Notes: generated by a model from the sequence alone, not told the origin. A stretch of DNA of 64,000 bases from Pyrinomonadaceae bacterium (GCA_035257465.1 DATEXA010000239.1:3809-67808), one strand, 5' to 3'. Positions 19,227-28,741 are shown, counted from the stretch's first letter. Translations and numbers: made by a program.

Positions 19227-19520
19227 AGGTTTCGTCCGAACAATGACTAGCAACTTGTTAGCCGCAATCAATCCGAGGGCAAAATGTCGCTAAATATTCT
19301 GATTGCAAAGAAGAACTCCGGCGTTGAAAAGAGTGACAATCAAACATCTGACCGTATTTCACCAGATGACGGATACCCGTCATTGGGGAAGGAACCAGAG
19401 ACGCGTTTTGCTCGTAACGACGTAGTCAAGTATTCTTTGATCAAACGAGGTCACCAGGGTTTTCGTGTTGAGTCTTTTGAAAGGACTGGCCCCATGCCTG
19501 AGGTTTCGGGGGAGAAAGTA

Positions 19521-21578
19521 ATGAATGCCCACACTGCTTTCGCAGTTGACACAGAGTTACAGACGCAAAAGTTTCTAACGCTGCTTGAACTTTCCAAAGC
19601 GATCGCCTCTCATCGCGATTTATCAGGACTATTCCACGATTTAACTTGCCGTCTGCGAAATCTCTTTGCCTTTCGCGATCTGGCGGTCATGCTGCACGAC
19701 GATAAGAAAAATGTGATGCGGTCCTACATCATGGAAGGATGTGACGGGGCATGGCTCCCTCAAGATCCGAATGAAGTTCCAATAGAGGGTTCCATCAGCG
19801 GTCAGGTTTGGCAGACCCAGCAGCCGCTTGTAATCGATGATTTGGACAAAGACTATCGATTCCCTTCAGCCAGCATCCTGCGCGACCGCGGCGTGAAATC
19901 GGTCTGTTGCCTGTCGCTAAGCACTGTGCATCAAAGACTTGGCACGTTGAATTTATTGAGTGAGGAAGTCGGTGCATATGACCATTTTGATCTCGGGTTT
20001 GCGCAATTAGTCGCCGGACAGATTGCTGTAGCGGTTGAAGCACAGTTTCATCAGCAGCAGTTGGCGCGGGAACGAGATCGCTCAAAGCTATTGTTGGAAG
20101 TTAACAACACTCTGGTTTCAAATCTAAATCTGCGAGAGTTGTTGTCGGGCATCTCGCACAGTCTCGCCCCCGTAATGCCACACGAAGCAGCTGCCTTGAC
20201 ACTGTACGACAAATCGCTCAATCAACTTCGCGTCGCCGCCTTTGATTTTCCCGAGCACGACGGTAACTGCGTTACCGGCAAGATCATTCCCTTTGAAAAC
20301 AATCCTATCGGTGAAGCGTTTACAACCAGAAAAACTGTTTTGATCGATTATGGCAATCCACAGGATCCGCAAATAGCTTGCGGAGGAAAGATGGCCTCCG
20401 GTTGTGCTGCTCCATTGATCTTTCGCGATCGAGTGCTCGGAGTAATCGCTATTAAGAGTAGTCGACCGCACGCGTTCTCCGAAGACGACGCCGAATTGTT
20501 CGGTCAGGTTGCTAATCAAGTGGCAATTGCAGTCGAGAATGCCCTCGCCTACAACGAGATCGAGACACTCAAGAACAAGCTGGAGAAAGAGAAGCTCTAC
20601 CTCGAAGAAGAGATTCGTACTGAGTACAACTTTGAAGAGATCGTAGGCAGCAGCCGCGTACTCCGGCAGGCCTTGCAACAAGTTGAGACAGTTGCTTCGA
20701 CTGACTCAACGGTCCTGATCTCTGGCGAAACGGGAACCGGCAAAGAGTTAATCGCGCGTGCGATCCATAATCTGAGCGAACGTCGCGAGCGTACGCTGGT
20801 TAAAGTTAACTGCGCCGCAATTCCAACCGGACTCCTGGAAAGCGAGTTGTTTGGTCATGAGAAGGGTGCATTTACAGGAGCGATCGATCGACGCATAGGT
20901 CGATTCGAGCTTGCACACCAGGGAACAATCTTCCTGGACGAGGTCGAGGACATTCCTCTCGAATTGCAATCCAAGCTGTTGCGCGTGCTTCAGGAGCATG
21001 AGTTTGAACGTCTTGGCAGTTCGCGCACGTTGCGTGTTGACGTTCGTGTTGTAGCGGCCACAAATGCCGACTTAGCTCAACTAGTCGAAGAGAAAAAGTT
21101 CCGCAGCGATCTCTATTACCGTCTAAACGTTTTTCCAGTCAATGTGCCGTCATTACGTGAGCGACCTGAGGACATTCCACTTCTGGTCCACTTCTTCGCC
21201 AACAAGTTTGCGCAGCAGATGAAGCGACACATCGAGAGCGTTCCGAAAGATGTGATGGAGGCTCTGGTGAAATACCACTGGCCCGGCAACATTCGCGAAC
21301 TGGAAAACCTTGTGGAGCGAGCCGTGATCCTTTCGCGTGGTTCAATCCTCGAAGTACCGTTGAGTGAATTGAAGCAATCGAAGGCGTCGAACCACGCTAA
21401 TGGCTCGATAAGCCTGGAAGCTGTTGAGCGCGATCACATTTTGCGAATACTTGGTGAGTCCGGCTGGGTAATTGGAGGTCCAAATGGAGCAGCCGCTCGT
21501 CTTGGTCTAAACAGAACAACACTTAACCACCGGATGCGTAAATTGGGAATTTTCAGGCCACAACCCGCGTCAGTGTAG
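19521..21578 (+). CDS. Sigma-54-dependent transcriptional activator (GAF-GAF-AAA+-Fis HTH; FhlA/NifA-like architecture)
   Basis: Walker A 'GETGTGKE', the sigma-54 contact loop '[10 protein letters not shown]', '[11 protein letters not shown]' and a C-terminal HTH '[21 protein letters not shown]'. The start is placed at the ATG preceded by GGGGGAG, although the ORF is open from 19284. Confidence 0.9.
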   Translation: MNAHTAFAVDTELQTQKFLTLLELSKAIASHRDLSGLFHDLTCRLRNLFAFRDLAVMLHDDKKNVMRSYIMEGCDGAWLPQDPNEVPIEGSISGQVWQTQQPLVIDDLDKDYRFPSASILRDRGVKSVCCLSLSTVHQRLGTLNLLSEEVGAYDHFDLGFAQLVAGQIAVAVEAQFHQQQLARERDRSKLLLEVNNTLVSNLNLRELLSGISHSLAPVMPHEAAALTLYDKSLNQLRVAAFDFPEHDGNCVTGKIIPFENNPIGEAFTTRKTVLIDYGNPQDPQIACGGKMASGCAAPLIFRDRVLGVIAIKSSRPHAFSEDDAELFGQVANQVAIAVENALAYNEIETLKNKLEKEKLYLEEEIRTEYNFEEIVGSSRVLRQALQQVETVASTDSTVLISGETGTGKELIARAIHNLSERRERTLVKVNCAAIPTGLLESELFGHEKGAFTGAIDRRIGRFELAHQGTIFLDEVEDIPLELQSKLLRVLQEHEFERLGSSRTLRVDVRVVAATNADLAQLVEEKKFRSDLYYRLNVFPVNVPSLRERPEDIPLLVHFFANKFAQQMKRHIESVPKDVMEALVKYHWPGNIRELENLVERAVILSRGSILEVPLSELKQSKASNHANGSISLEAVERDHILRILGESGWVIGGPNGAAARLGLNRTTLNHRMRKLGIFRPQPASV

Positions 21579-22162
21579 AGTCATTTGCTAAAATACCTCG
21601 GTCTACCCACACCCGTCGGATCTCTCAGTCGAAATTAACCTACCAGAGACCTGCGACCTCAAGGAGCGCTCTTTGCTCATCGCTCTAAATTGTTTCGCGA
21701 CGGAAATGCGGTAATTTCGCGCTACCTCTCGCGTTAGTCAGTAAGGGCTCAGAGCCGCGTAAATTGATCAAATAAAGCCTCACATTTGAGACGAACGTAA
21801 CTGCGCCGAGTAACTGATAACTCCGTACGGTGCTGGATTACGGGAACTTCGTGAACGCGGAAATGGTGAAAGCCTTCAACGCTTCCATCGAATATCGCCA
21901 GCGATTCGGTCCATGATGCACGTCTAAAATTCCCAAAAACAATCCGAGGCAAAATAAGCTTCGTAGGGAATAAAACCTAACCGGGTTCGGTATTAACAGT
22001 AGATCGCGTAATAACAAACAAGAGGGTTCCTGCAAACGCGGTAAAAGCTCACAAGTTCGAGAATGCAGCGTTACGGCACCGCAACGTCAACCAATCCCCC
22101 GACGTGGCGTCCTTCTGATTATGAGTAGCTCTTACAAATCACGGATACGCGGAGGTTCTAAG

Positions 22163-22453
22163 TTGAGTTGTCAACGAGCACGGGAACTCATGACCAGCCT
22201 TGTTGATGGCGCGCTCGATGGATTTCACGTTTCAGAAATCGAGCAACACCTGGATCGATGCCAGGACTGTAAGCTTGAGTACATCAGTCGATTAACCATG
22301 CGTTCATCATTTAAAGACAAATCGCTTTATCATTGCGCGCCCCCTAGTCTGCGGAAGCGCATTCGTTCGTCCTTGCAAAAAGAGGCGCGAGTCGACGTGA
22401 CTTCTCGCATGACTTTGCGCTCCTTATCCAACAGGCACAATGAAGGATCATAG
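22163..22453 (+). CDS. Soluble zinc-binding anti-sigma factor (zf-HC2, RsrA-like ZAS)
   Basis: GGAGG Shine-Dalgarno 7 nt before a TTG. The ZAS spacing C-x25-H-x3-C-x2-C is seen in 'SCQRARELMTSLVDGALDGFHVSEIEQHLDRCQDC'. The protein is about 97 aa with no hydrophobic segment. The ORF is open from 22121. Confidence 0.75.
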   Translation: MSCQRARELMTSLVDGALDGFHVSEIEQHLDRCQDCKLEYISRLTMRSSFKDKSLYHCAPPSLRKRIRSSLQKEARVDVTSRMTLRSLSNRHNEGS

Positions 22454-22996
22454 CGCTCCCACACACAACTCTTCCGAAGTTTCTTTATCCCGATAATTCA
22501 CAAGAATCTGTTTTAGTCGTTCACGAGCACGAGCCAACCGTGACATCACAGTACCCATAGGAATCTTCACCACGTCCGCGATCTGTTTATAAGATAATTC
22601 TTCAAATTCTCTCAGTACGATCACCTCGCGAAACTCGGCGGGCAACTTTTCTAACGCACTCCTGAGCATTTGTTTGTCCGCTTCTTTGATTAGCAGCATC
22701 TCGGGATCCAAATCATCTGATGTCTGCATACATGTCTCATCATCGAAATCGCCTTCCGATTCCATTAATCGATTTTGCCGAATCCAGTTGTGATAGGTGT
22801 TGCGGACAATCGCCAGCAACCATGGCCGAGCGTCGCCTCCTTGAAAGGCAGCGAAGTGCCGCAAAGCGCGTAGGTAAGCTTCCTGTACGACATCTTCAGC
22901 ATCTTTATCGTTTCGAGTGAGCCACCGAGCCAGATTGTATGCCGCATCGAGATGCGGCAAAGCGGCTTCCTCAAAACCCTGGATAATGGTGGTCAT
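22448..22996 (-). CDS. ECF-type sigma-70 family RNA polymerase sigma factor
   Basis: Region 2 'AEDVVQEAYLRALRHFAAFQG...WLLAIVRNTYHNWIR' and region 4 'LPAEFREVIVLREFEELSYKQIADVVKIPMGTVMSRLARARERL'. The start could be as far upstream as 23035. Confidence 0.9.
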   Translation of the reverse strand: MTTIIQGFEEAALPHLDAAYNLARWLTRNDKDAEDVVQEAYLRALRHFAAFQGGDARPWLLAIVRNTYHNWIRQNRLMESEGDFDDETCMQTSDDLDPEMLLIKEADKQMLRSALEKLPAEFREVIVLREFEELSYKQIADVVKIPMGTVMSRLARARERLKQILVNYRDKETSEELCVGAL

Positions 22997-23059
22997 TACC
23001 GTGCTCCATTGTCGGGCTCTAAGCCCGGCATACATCGGTCAAGGTTCGATTTAGTAGTG

Positions 23060-23329
23060 CTATGCATCCTTGCACCTGCTGATCTGCTCCACTACAAACA
23101 GCGGAACATTCACATGACGAACTCCACGGTCTATCAGACTCTTTATTAGTGCGATCCCTTCGCAGTCGATGAAACCAATGTTTTTCAAATCAACATCGAG
23201 ACTCAAGCCTTCTTCCAGTGCTGACTCAGCGGTCTCTCGCAGTAACTCAACCCATTGGCCCGTAACCCGTCCATCCAGTTGTAAAGTAACTTGATGTCCT
23301 ACCAAAACGACTTTCGTGATCTTCAACAT
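23060..23329 (-). CDS. Single-domain STAS protein immediately upstream of the ECF sigma gene
   Basis: 'TLQLDGRVTGQWVELL...LDVDLKNIGFIDCEGIALIKSL'. The STAS core has Cys in place of the phosphorylatable Ser. Confidence 0.8.
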   Translation of the reverse strand: MLKITKVVLVGHQVTLQLDGRVTGQWVELLRETAESALEEGLSLDVDLKNIGFIDCEGIALIKSLIDRGVRHVNVPLFVVEQISRCKDA

Positions 23330-23418
23330 TCCGGTGTCTCTCTTGGAAATTTTGTCCCATGTCGCCCACTACCAAACCGTACCGATCGCTGGGCAAAATA
23401 TCGTTTCTAATTAGGGTG

Positions 23419-23497
23419 GAGGAGCAAGACCTGTGCGTGTGCGTCGCTCGTGGGAGCAAGCGATACACTCGTGTTCTTTAGTTCGGTCTTGCTCCTC
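23419..23497. other. Long-range perfect 13-bp inverted repeat
   Basis: gaggagcaagacc (23419-23431) and ggtcttgctcctc (23485-23497), lying between the secreted-protein gene and the STAS gene. Confidence 0.4.
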
Positions 23498-23588
23498 GCG
23501 TTCGCCAGGCGAGTTGCAGCGTTGAAACTCCTGGTCGCTTTCATCTCACCTTTCGACCGCAGGACCTCCCTTTCAAACCCCTGGTTTG

Positions 23589-24446
23589 TTAGTTTTGCGG
23601 AATCCCCTGGGGCTCACCATAGATAAAGTCATCCATCATGACGATGTCGTTCTTCTCATCATCATTGGGCCCGGGAACATCACCTGCAGTGATACGCACA
23701 CTAGCGATCCTTGCGTCACCGTAGGTGATACCGAAGAAAGAAAATCCCGCATCGCCTGGCGACGGTGGCACGAAACTGCTGTACAGCAGCTGACCGTCTG
23801 CGCCGAAAAACTCAACCAATGTACTGGAGCCGCGGTTACCATTTTTTTGCCCTGGCCCACTGCCATCCGGTTGATCGACGTCACAGAAAATCGCTCCGAA
23901 GCCTTTGACTGTTGCTGCGGTATTTCCCATTGAACCAGGCACGAAAAACAAAACATTAGTGATATTGCTACCTACCGGGGTGAAAAGGCGCTTGGCACTG
24001 AAGGCCTTGAAAATGGTGCCGTAGGTTTCGTTGTTGAAGAGCCCAACCAGTCCGTTTTGCGCGCCACCCGAAGGAGGTGCCTGGGCAAGTCCGAGTCCTG
24101 GTGTGGTGGTCTGGTTACCTCGGCTGTCTAAGAAGTTGTTGAATGGTGTTACGGGCGGTGTGGTCGCGTCAGGTCCACCAACTCCATCCCAATTGATTTC
24201 TCGACGACCATCTGAAAGTGGCCCTTTGTTGTTGCCGTTGTTTTGATCTCCCAGTTCATGGCGGAACCTGTCAACTGAACCTTGAATCGAAGCGGCGTCT
24301 GGCCCTGCAGCCTGAAACACAGTAGGTGGAACAAAATCTCTGCCAGTGTTGTCTTGCGCATGAACCGACTGATTTAGTCTGCCGGGCACGACAATCGACA
24401 TTAGGCCGATGACGGCAGCAAATATTAAGAACACATACTTCTTCAT
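23589..24446 (-). CDS. Secreted hypothetical protein
   Basis: AAAGGA Shine-Dalgarno and the signal peptide 'MKKYVFLIFAAVIGLMSIVVPG...VHAQ'. The mature part is Gly/Asn/Pro-rich and contains 'GRREINWDG'. No family was recognised. Confidence 0.75.
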   Translation of the reverse strand: MKKYVFLIFAAVIGLMSIVVPGRLNQSVHAQDNTGRDFVPPTVFQAAGPDAASIQGSVDRFRHELGDQNNGNNKGPLSDGRREINWDGVGGPDATTPPVTPFNNFLDSRGNQTTTPGLGLAQAPPSGGAQNGLVGLFNNETYGTIFKAFSAKRLFTPVGSNITNVLFFVPGSMGNTAATVKGFGAIFCDVDQPDGSGPGQKNGNRGSSTLVEFFGADGQLLYSSFVPPSPGDAGFSFFGITYGDARIASVRITAGDVPGPNDDEKNDIVMMDDFIYGEPQGIPQN

Positions 24447-24637
24447 ACTTGAATATCCTTTCAATCTAACTGGTAATGAAACATCCCCGCATGAGCGCGT
24501 TACATCGGAAGCGGCACGTTTCGAATGAAGCGGTCTTACGCCGCTTGTAATTGGCCCTCGTGGTCCAGCGACAAGACATTTGAGATCTCTGGCATTCAGT
24601 TGTGGTCGCCATTAAATGTGTCGCGAGACCATCGCAG

Positions 24638-24653
24638 TGCAGATTGCGTGCCG
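24638..24653 (-). promoter_or_regulatory. Candidate sigma-54 (-24/-12) promoter
   Basis: The minus strand reads CGGCACGCAATCTGCA against the consensus TGGCACG-N4-TTGCA. GG and GC have the correct 10-nt spacing. It lies about 190 nt upstream of the ATG at 24446 and just downstream of the activator gene. Confidence 0.5.
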
Positions 24654-24800
24654 TGGACATACACAAGAATTCGATTTCGGCTCTCCGCTAAATTGTTTGA
24701 GAATCTGGTAACTCGAGGTGTAAAACGAGGTCAGAAGGACTGATAGGAGAACCAATCCCGTGGAATCGCGGATATTAGGAGATAGCCTTTGGTAGGCGAA

Positions 24801-27299
24801 CTACGATATGTGGTGGGCGGAGCGACTAATACCCAGCTTAGCCATTCTGTGTCGCAGCGTATTCGGATGGATACCAAGAGTCTTGGCAGCGCCGTTTGCG
24901 CCTTCAACCACCCCGCGAGTTTGCTGCAGCGCTGCACAAATATGATCTCGCTCGACCTCTTCCAAAGTCTTAAGCGCAACAGATAGTCCAGGAGTCAGGG
25001 CAGGTTCAGACTCCGACGTCTTGTCGAAATGGGCCTCCGAAACCGGCACGCTGGTGAGATCGGTCTCTAACTCGAGAATTGAACCCTGAGAAAGTATCAA
25101 TGCTCGCTCTATAACATTTTGCAACTCCCGGACGTTTCCGGGCCAGGAGTAGCTTGTGAGTCTTTCACTGGCCACGGCGGATATGCCCTCCATCTTCCTC
25201 CCCAGGTTTCGCGCGGATTTAGAAAGGAAGAACATCGCTAACTGAGGAATATCTGAACGTCGCTCGCGCAGGGGAGGAACTTCAAGTGGAAAGACATTCA
25301 ATCGATAATAGAGATCCGAGCGGAACGTGCCTTCGCTAATAGATTCCTTAAGGTTTCGATTTGTGGCGCAGATGATTCGCACGTCTACGCGCACCGAACG
25401 ACTACTGCCCACTGGCTCGAACTCCCGCTCCTGAAGAACGCGCAACAATTTGACCTGAGTGTCCAGGGGCAACTCACCTACCTCATCTAGGAAGATTGTG
25501 CCGCCGTCCGCAAGTTCGAACCGGCCAATCCGTCGTTCGAACGCCCCGGTAAAAGCACCTTTCACATGGCCGAATAATTCGCTCTCAACCAAACCGGCGG
25601 AAATGGCGCTACAGTTCACCTTTACTAACGGCCGATCCTTCCGGGCGCTGCGATCGTGAATAGCCCTTGCAATTAACTCTTTTCCTGTTCCCGTCTCTCC
25701 GTAGATGAGCACGCTGGAGTTTGTTGGCGCGACTTGATCGACTCGTTTTAGGAGCGCAAGAAGGGCGTCACTGTTACCAACAATTTCTTCGAAGTTATGT
25801 ACAGTGCGGATCTCCTCTTGAAGATAAACATTTTCCTTCTCAAGTCTTCCCTTCAGCGCCGCGATCTGCTCATAAGATTTCATGTTTGCGATCGCTAGCG
25901 AGACCTGGTTAGCGACTTCCCTCAACAACTCAGCATCAGATTCCGTGTACCTGTTCTTTGCTTCACTCCAAACGGTGAAAGTACCTATGCTGGTTCCCAT
26001 CGCCACGAGTGGTACAACGCAATATGATTGAATTCCCTCTTCTACGAGCCGCCTTTCGCCAGGCGACTCCTGTTCTCGTTGCAGATCACCTCGCGTGACC
26101 GTCTTTTGATGTTCCAGTACCCATGCCGAAATGCGGGTCTCCTCAAGATCGTATTCTTTCCCAAGCCGGAAAAACTCCGATTCGCCCGTACCATTCATCG
26201 ATAGAAGTTTCAGCGTCTTAGACTCGGGCTGGTAAAGAAGAAAGGCGGCTCGGTCAAAGGGAACCACTCGTTGAATAGCTTCATAGGCAGATGCGAAGAG
26301 CGCATCCTGCGCGAGGTTGTTAATAATCGCGTTGTTGATCTCGAGTAGGGTACGTTTCCGCTGCTCGCTTTTCCGAAGCGCCTCTTCCGCCTTTCGTCGC
26401 TCAGTTACGTCAACGAAAGTAACGACAGCGCCAACAGTTTTGCCCTCCCTGACAAGTGGGTGAGACCAATATTCGACGGGGAAACTACTCCCATCTTTTT
26501 TCCAAAAAATATCATCATCAATATGAACGCCACGGTTTTCCTGGAAGCCAACAAAAATAGGACACTCTTCGATAGGAAATGCGGTGCCATCTTTTCGTGT
26601 ATGGTGATCTAACGAATGCATGTTCTGCCCGAGCAACTCCTGGGCATCGTCATAACCAAGTAACTGAACTGCAGCCGGATTACAAAAGAGACAGGTGCCG
26701 TGGGAATCACATCCGAAGATTCCTTCAGCAGCGGAGTTAAGAATCAACCGAGCTCGCTCTTCGCTCAACTGCAGGGCTTCTTCTGCTCTTTTCCGTTCGG
26801 TGATGTCTTCTGTCAGTGCCAATAAGAATGGCTGCGTACTCTCGGTACTGTGCACCACAGATACGTTATTCCTTACCCAAACAAAACTGCCATCTTTGTG
26901 ACGACATTGTTTCTCAATTTGAAACTGATCTCGTTTTCCTTCCACCAGTTCAGTAACCAAAGCCCAATTGACTTCACGATAATCCTCATGAGTAATCTCG
27001 AGGAATGAAAGCTCTCGAAATTCACTCTCACTGTAACCGAGCATTTTTTGGTAGGTGGAATTTGTCGAGAGAACGCGGCCACTAAGATCGGCAAGCGCTA
27101 CGCCTATAGCAGAATTCTCAAAGACTGATCGCCACCGCAAGGCTTCAGTCTTTTCGCGCTGTGTGACACCTTCGGTAGGAGATTGTGCTTCCGGTTTTAA
27201 GCTGATTGGTCCAACGTCCCGCATACAACTCGTGGAATACACTCTGAATGTGGACGGAGTTTGTTTCACGTAGAGCAGGAAGTCAAGAGACCAAGCCAT
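24801..27299 (-). CDS. Sigma-54-dependent transcriptional activator (PAS-PAS-GAF-AAA+-Fis HTH)
   Basis: Two PAS/PAC units ('LTEDITERKRAEEAL', 'FVDVTERRKAEEAL') and a GAF domain. Other motifs are Walker A 'GETGTGKE', 'GHVKGAFTGA', '[11 protein letters not shown]' and the HTH 'AAKTLGIHPNTLRHRMAKLGI'. Confidence 0.92.
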   Translation of the reverse strand: MAWSLDFLLYVKQTPSTFRVYSTSCMRDVGPISLKPEAQSPTEGVTQREKTEALRWRSVFENSAIGVALADLSGRVLSTNSTYQKMLGYSESEFRELSFLEITHEDYREVNWALVTELVEGKRDQFQIEKQCRHKDGSFVWVRNNVSVVHSTESTQPFLLALTEDITERKRAEEALQLSEERARLILNSAAEGIFGCDSHGTCLFCNPAAVQLLGYDDAQELLGQNMHSLDHHTRKDGTAFPIEECPIFVGFQENRGVHIDDDIFWKKDGSSFPVEYWSHPLVREGKTVGAVVTFVDVTERRKAEEALRKSEQRKRTLLEINNAIINNLAQDALFASAYEAIQRVVPFDRAAFLLYQPESKTLKLLSMNGTGESEFFRLGKEYDLEETRISAWVLEHQKTVTRGDLQREQESPGERRLVEEGIQSYCVVPLVAMGTSIGTFTVWSEAKNRYTESDAELLREVANQVSLAIANMKSYEQIAALKGRLEKENVYLQEEIRTVHNFEEIVGNSDALLALLKRVDQVAPTNSSVLIYGETGTGKELIARAIHDRSARKDRPLVKVNCSAISAGLVESELFGHVKGAFTGAFERRIGRFELADGGTIFLDEVGELPLDTQVKLLRVLQEREFEPVGSSRSVRVDVRIICATNRNLKESISEGTFRSDLYYRLNVFPLEVPPLRERRSDIPQLAMFFLSKSARNLGRKMEGISAVASERLTSYSWPGNVRELQNVIERALILSQGSILELETDLTSVPVSEAHFDKTSESEPALTPGLSVALKTLEEVERDHICAALQQTRGVVEGANGAAKTLGIHPNTLRHRMAKLGISRSAHHIS

Positions 27300-27440
27300 T
27301 TAGTCGAGTATGAACCATAGGTTGGCCTGCGATTCGGCGGCATGGATGGTCTTTTCAAGACCAGAGATCCTAAGGGTCCAAGCATTCTTATCTGACAGAA
27401 AACGTCCCTTCAACATTTGTCTTGTCTGAATGTTGTTTTT

Positions 27441-27540
27441 AGAGTAAGCGCACAAGTAAGACTTCTTCGTCGCCTAGCCCCAGGGCGACGAAACTACCGT
27501 GCGCTTACTCTGAGGCTGGTTGCACCCGCTCTCCAGCCTC
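27441..27540. other. Two adjacent stem-loops, the first nested
   Basis: The first has an outer 13-bp stem agagtaagcgcac / gtgcgcttactct enclosing an inner 9-bp stem ttcgtcgcc / ggcgacgaa (27441-27511). The second is an 8-bp stem gaggctgg / ccagcctc (27512-27540). Confidence 0.5.
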
Positions 27541-27640
27541 AATCGCCCCCCTTGTTCGCTACCTCTCTCTATACCGAGGCAGAGGCCAAAATATTCCCGG
27601 ATGCGCTAAGCGATGGCGTTACGGTACATCAAAAGTCCGC

Positions 27641-28741
27641 TCACATACCGCCGACATTGAGAATCTTGTCCTTGTAGATAACTGCGAAGAGTTTCTGGGC
27701 CAGGTCGTAATCGATCGCTTTGAGCAAGGTGTACTGTTGCAACGCCAATGCTCGCTCACCACGCCGGATGTAAATGATGGCCAGGTTGCTGTGAGCTTCA
27801 GCGAAATCCGGTTTGAGCAAGAGTGCTTGATTGTAAGACAGGATGGCCTGCTTATATCGACCTGCCTTGCCGAAAACATAGCCGAGATTGTAATGCGCTT
27901 GGGCCATACCTGGCTTTACGCTGATCGCTCGTTGCAGGAATTCAATGGCCCGGTCGAATTCCCCGAGTGAGCAGTAGATCAAACCCATATTGTTTAGGAT
28001 TGCTGGAGTGTCTGTTGTCAGCCTTAATGCCTGGTCATAGGCAGTGATCGCGTCTTTAGGCCGGCCTGCATCGGCGTAGGCGGATCCCAAATTTTGATAG
28101 ACATCAGGAGACTCGGGCTCGAGACGGTGAGCCTGCTCAAGAGATGCGATTGCGTCTGTAAGCTGGCCCAACTTGTAATAAGCAACTCCTAAATTATTAT
28201 GAGCCTCCCCCGAATCTGGTTTGATTCGAATGGCTTCCTTCAATGAGTTGACGGCCTCCTGATCACGGCCCAGCATGGAATAGGTAAATCCGACCTCACA
28301 AAGCGAATCAGTACGCTCCGGTTGGAGTTGAAGTGCACGCGTAAAACACTCAAGTGCCTCTGCGTACCGTTCAGTCTTATTGTAGGAAACACCGAGATGA
28401 TGGTGCGCGTCTGTGAAGTTCGGGTTAATAAGTAACGTTTTCTTAAAGGCTTCGATCGCAAGATCGTAATTCTTCTCCATCTCGTAAACACAACCGAGAT
28501 TGTAGTGGGCCACGTAGAGTTCAGGTTGAAGGGCAATCGCCCTCTTAAGCAAATCAATCGCTTCCGCGTACCGATGCCCTGTAGCCGAAGCAACGGCGTT
28601 ATTGGTAAGTGAAGCAGCCTCATCGGCAGATCGATCCGGCATCTCTTTTGTCGCAGCGACTGCAAAGCCACCCGACAACAAGACACAAAGTAACGTCGTG
28701 GCGACCAAAACCAATTTCTTGCGTCTGAACATCAATCTCAC
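27641..28741 (-). CDS. TPR-repeat protein with signal peptide
   Basis: About nine tandem 34-aa TPR units (recurring 'A..Y..AL.L.P..A.AH.NLG..Y') and an N-terminal 'LVLVATTLLCVLLSGGFAVA'. Confidence 0.9.
   Translation of the reverse strand: MRLMFRRKKLVLVATTLLCVLLSGGFAVAATKEMPDRSADEAASLTNNAVASATGHRYAEAIDLLKRAIALQPELYVAHYNLGCVYEMEKNYDLAIEAFKKTLLINPNFTDAHHHLGVSYNKTERYAEALECFTRALQLQPERTDSLCEVGFTYSMLGRDQEAVNSLKEAIRIKPDSGEAHNNLGVAYYKLGQLTDAIASLEQAHRLEPESPDVYQNLGSAYADAGRPKDAITAYDQALRLTTDTPAILNNMGLIYCSLGEFDRAIEFLQRAISVKPGMAQAHYNLGYVFGKAGRYKQAILSYNQALLLKPDFAEAHSNLAIIYIRRGERALALQQYTLLKAIDYDLAQKLFAVIYKDKILNVGGM

Noticed and set aside
19304-19319. Sigma-54-like motif on the minus strand (GGAGTTCTTCTTTGCA) upstream of the STAS gene.
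   Set aside because: The GG-to-GC spacing is 11 rather than 10 nt, and the -24 element is GGAG rather than GGCAC.
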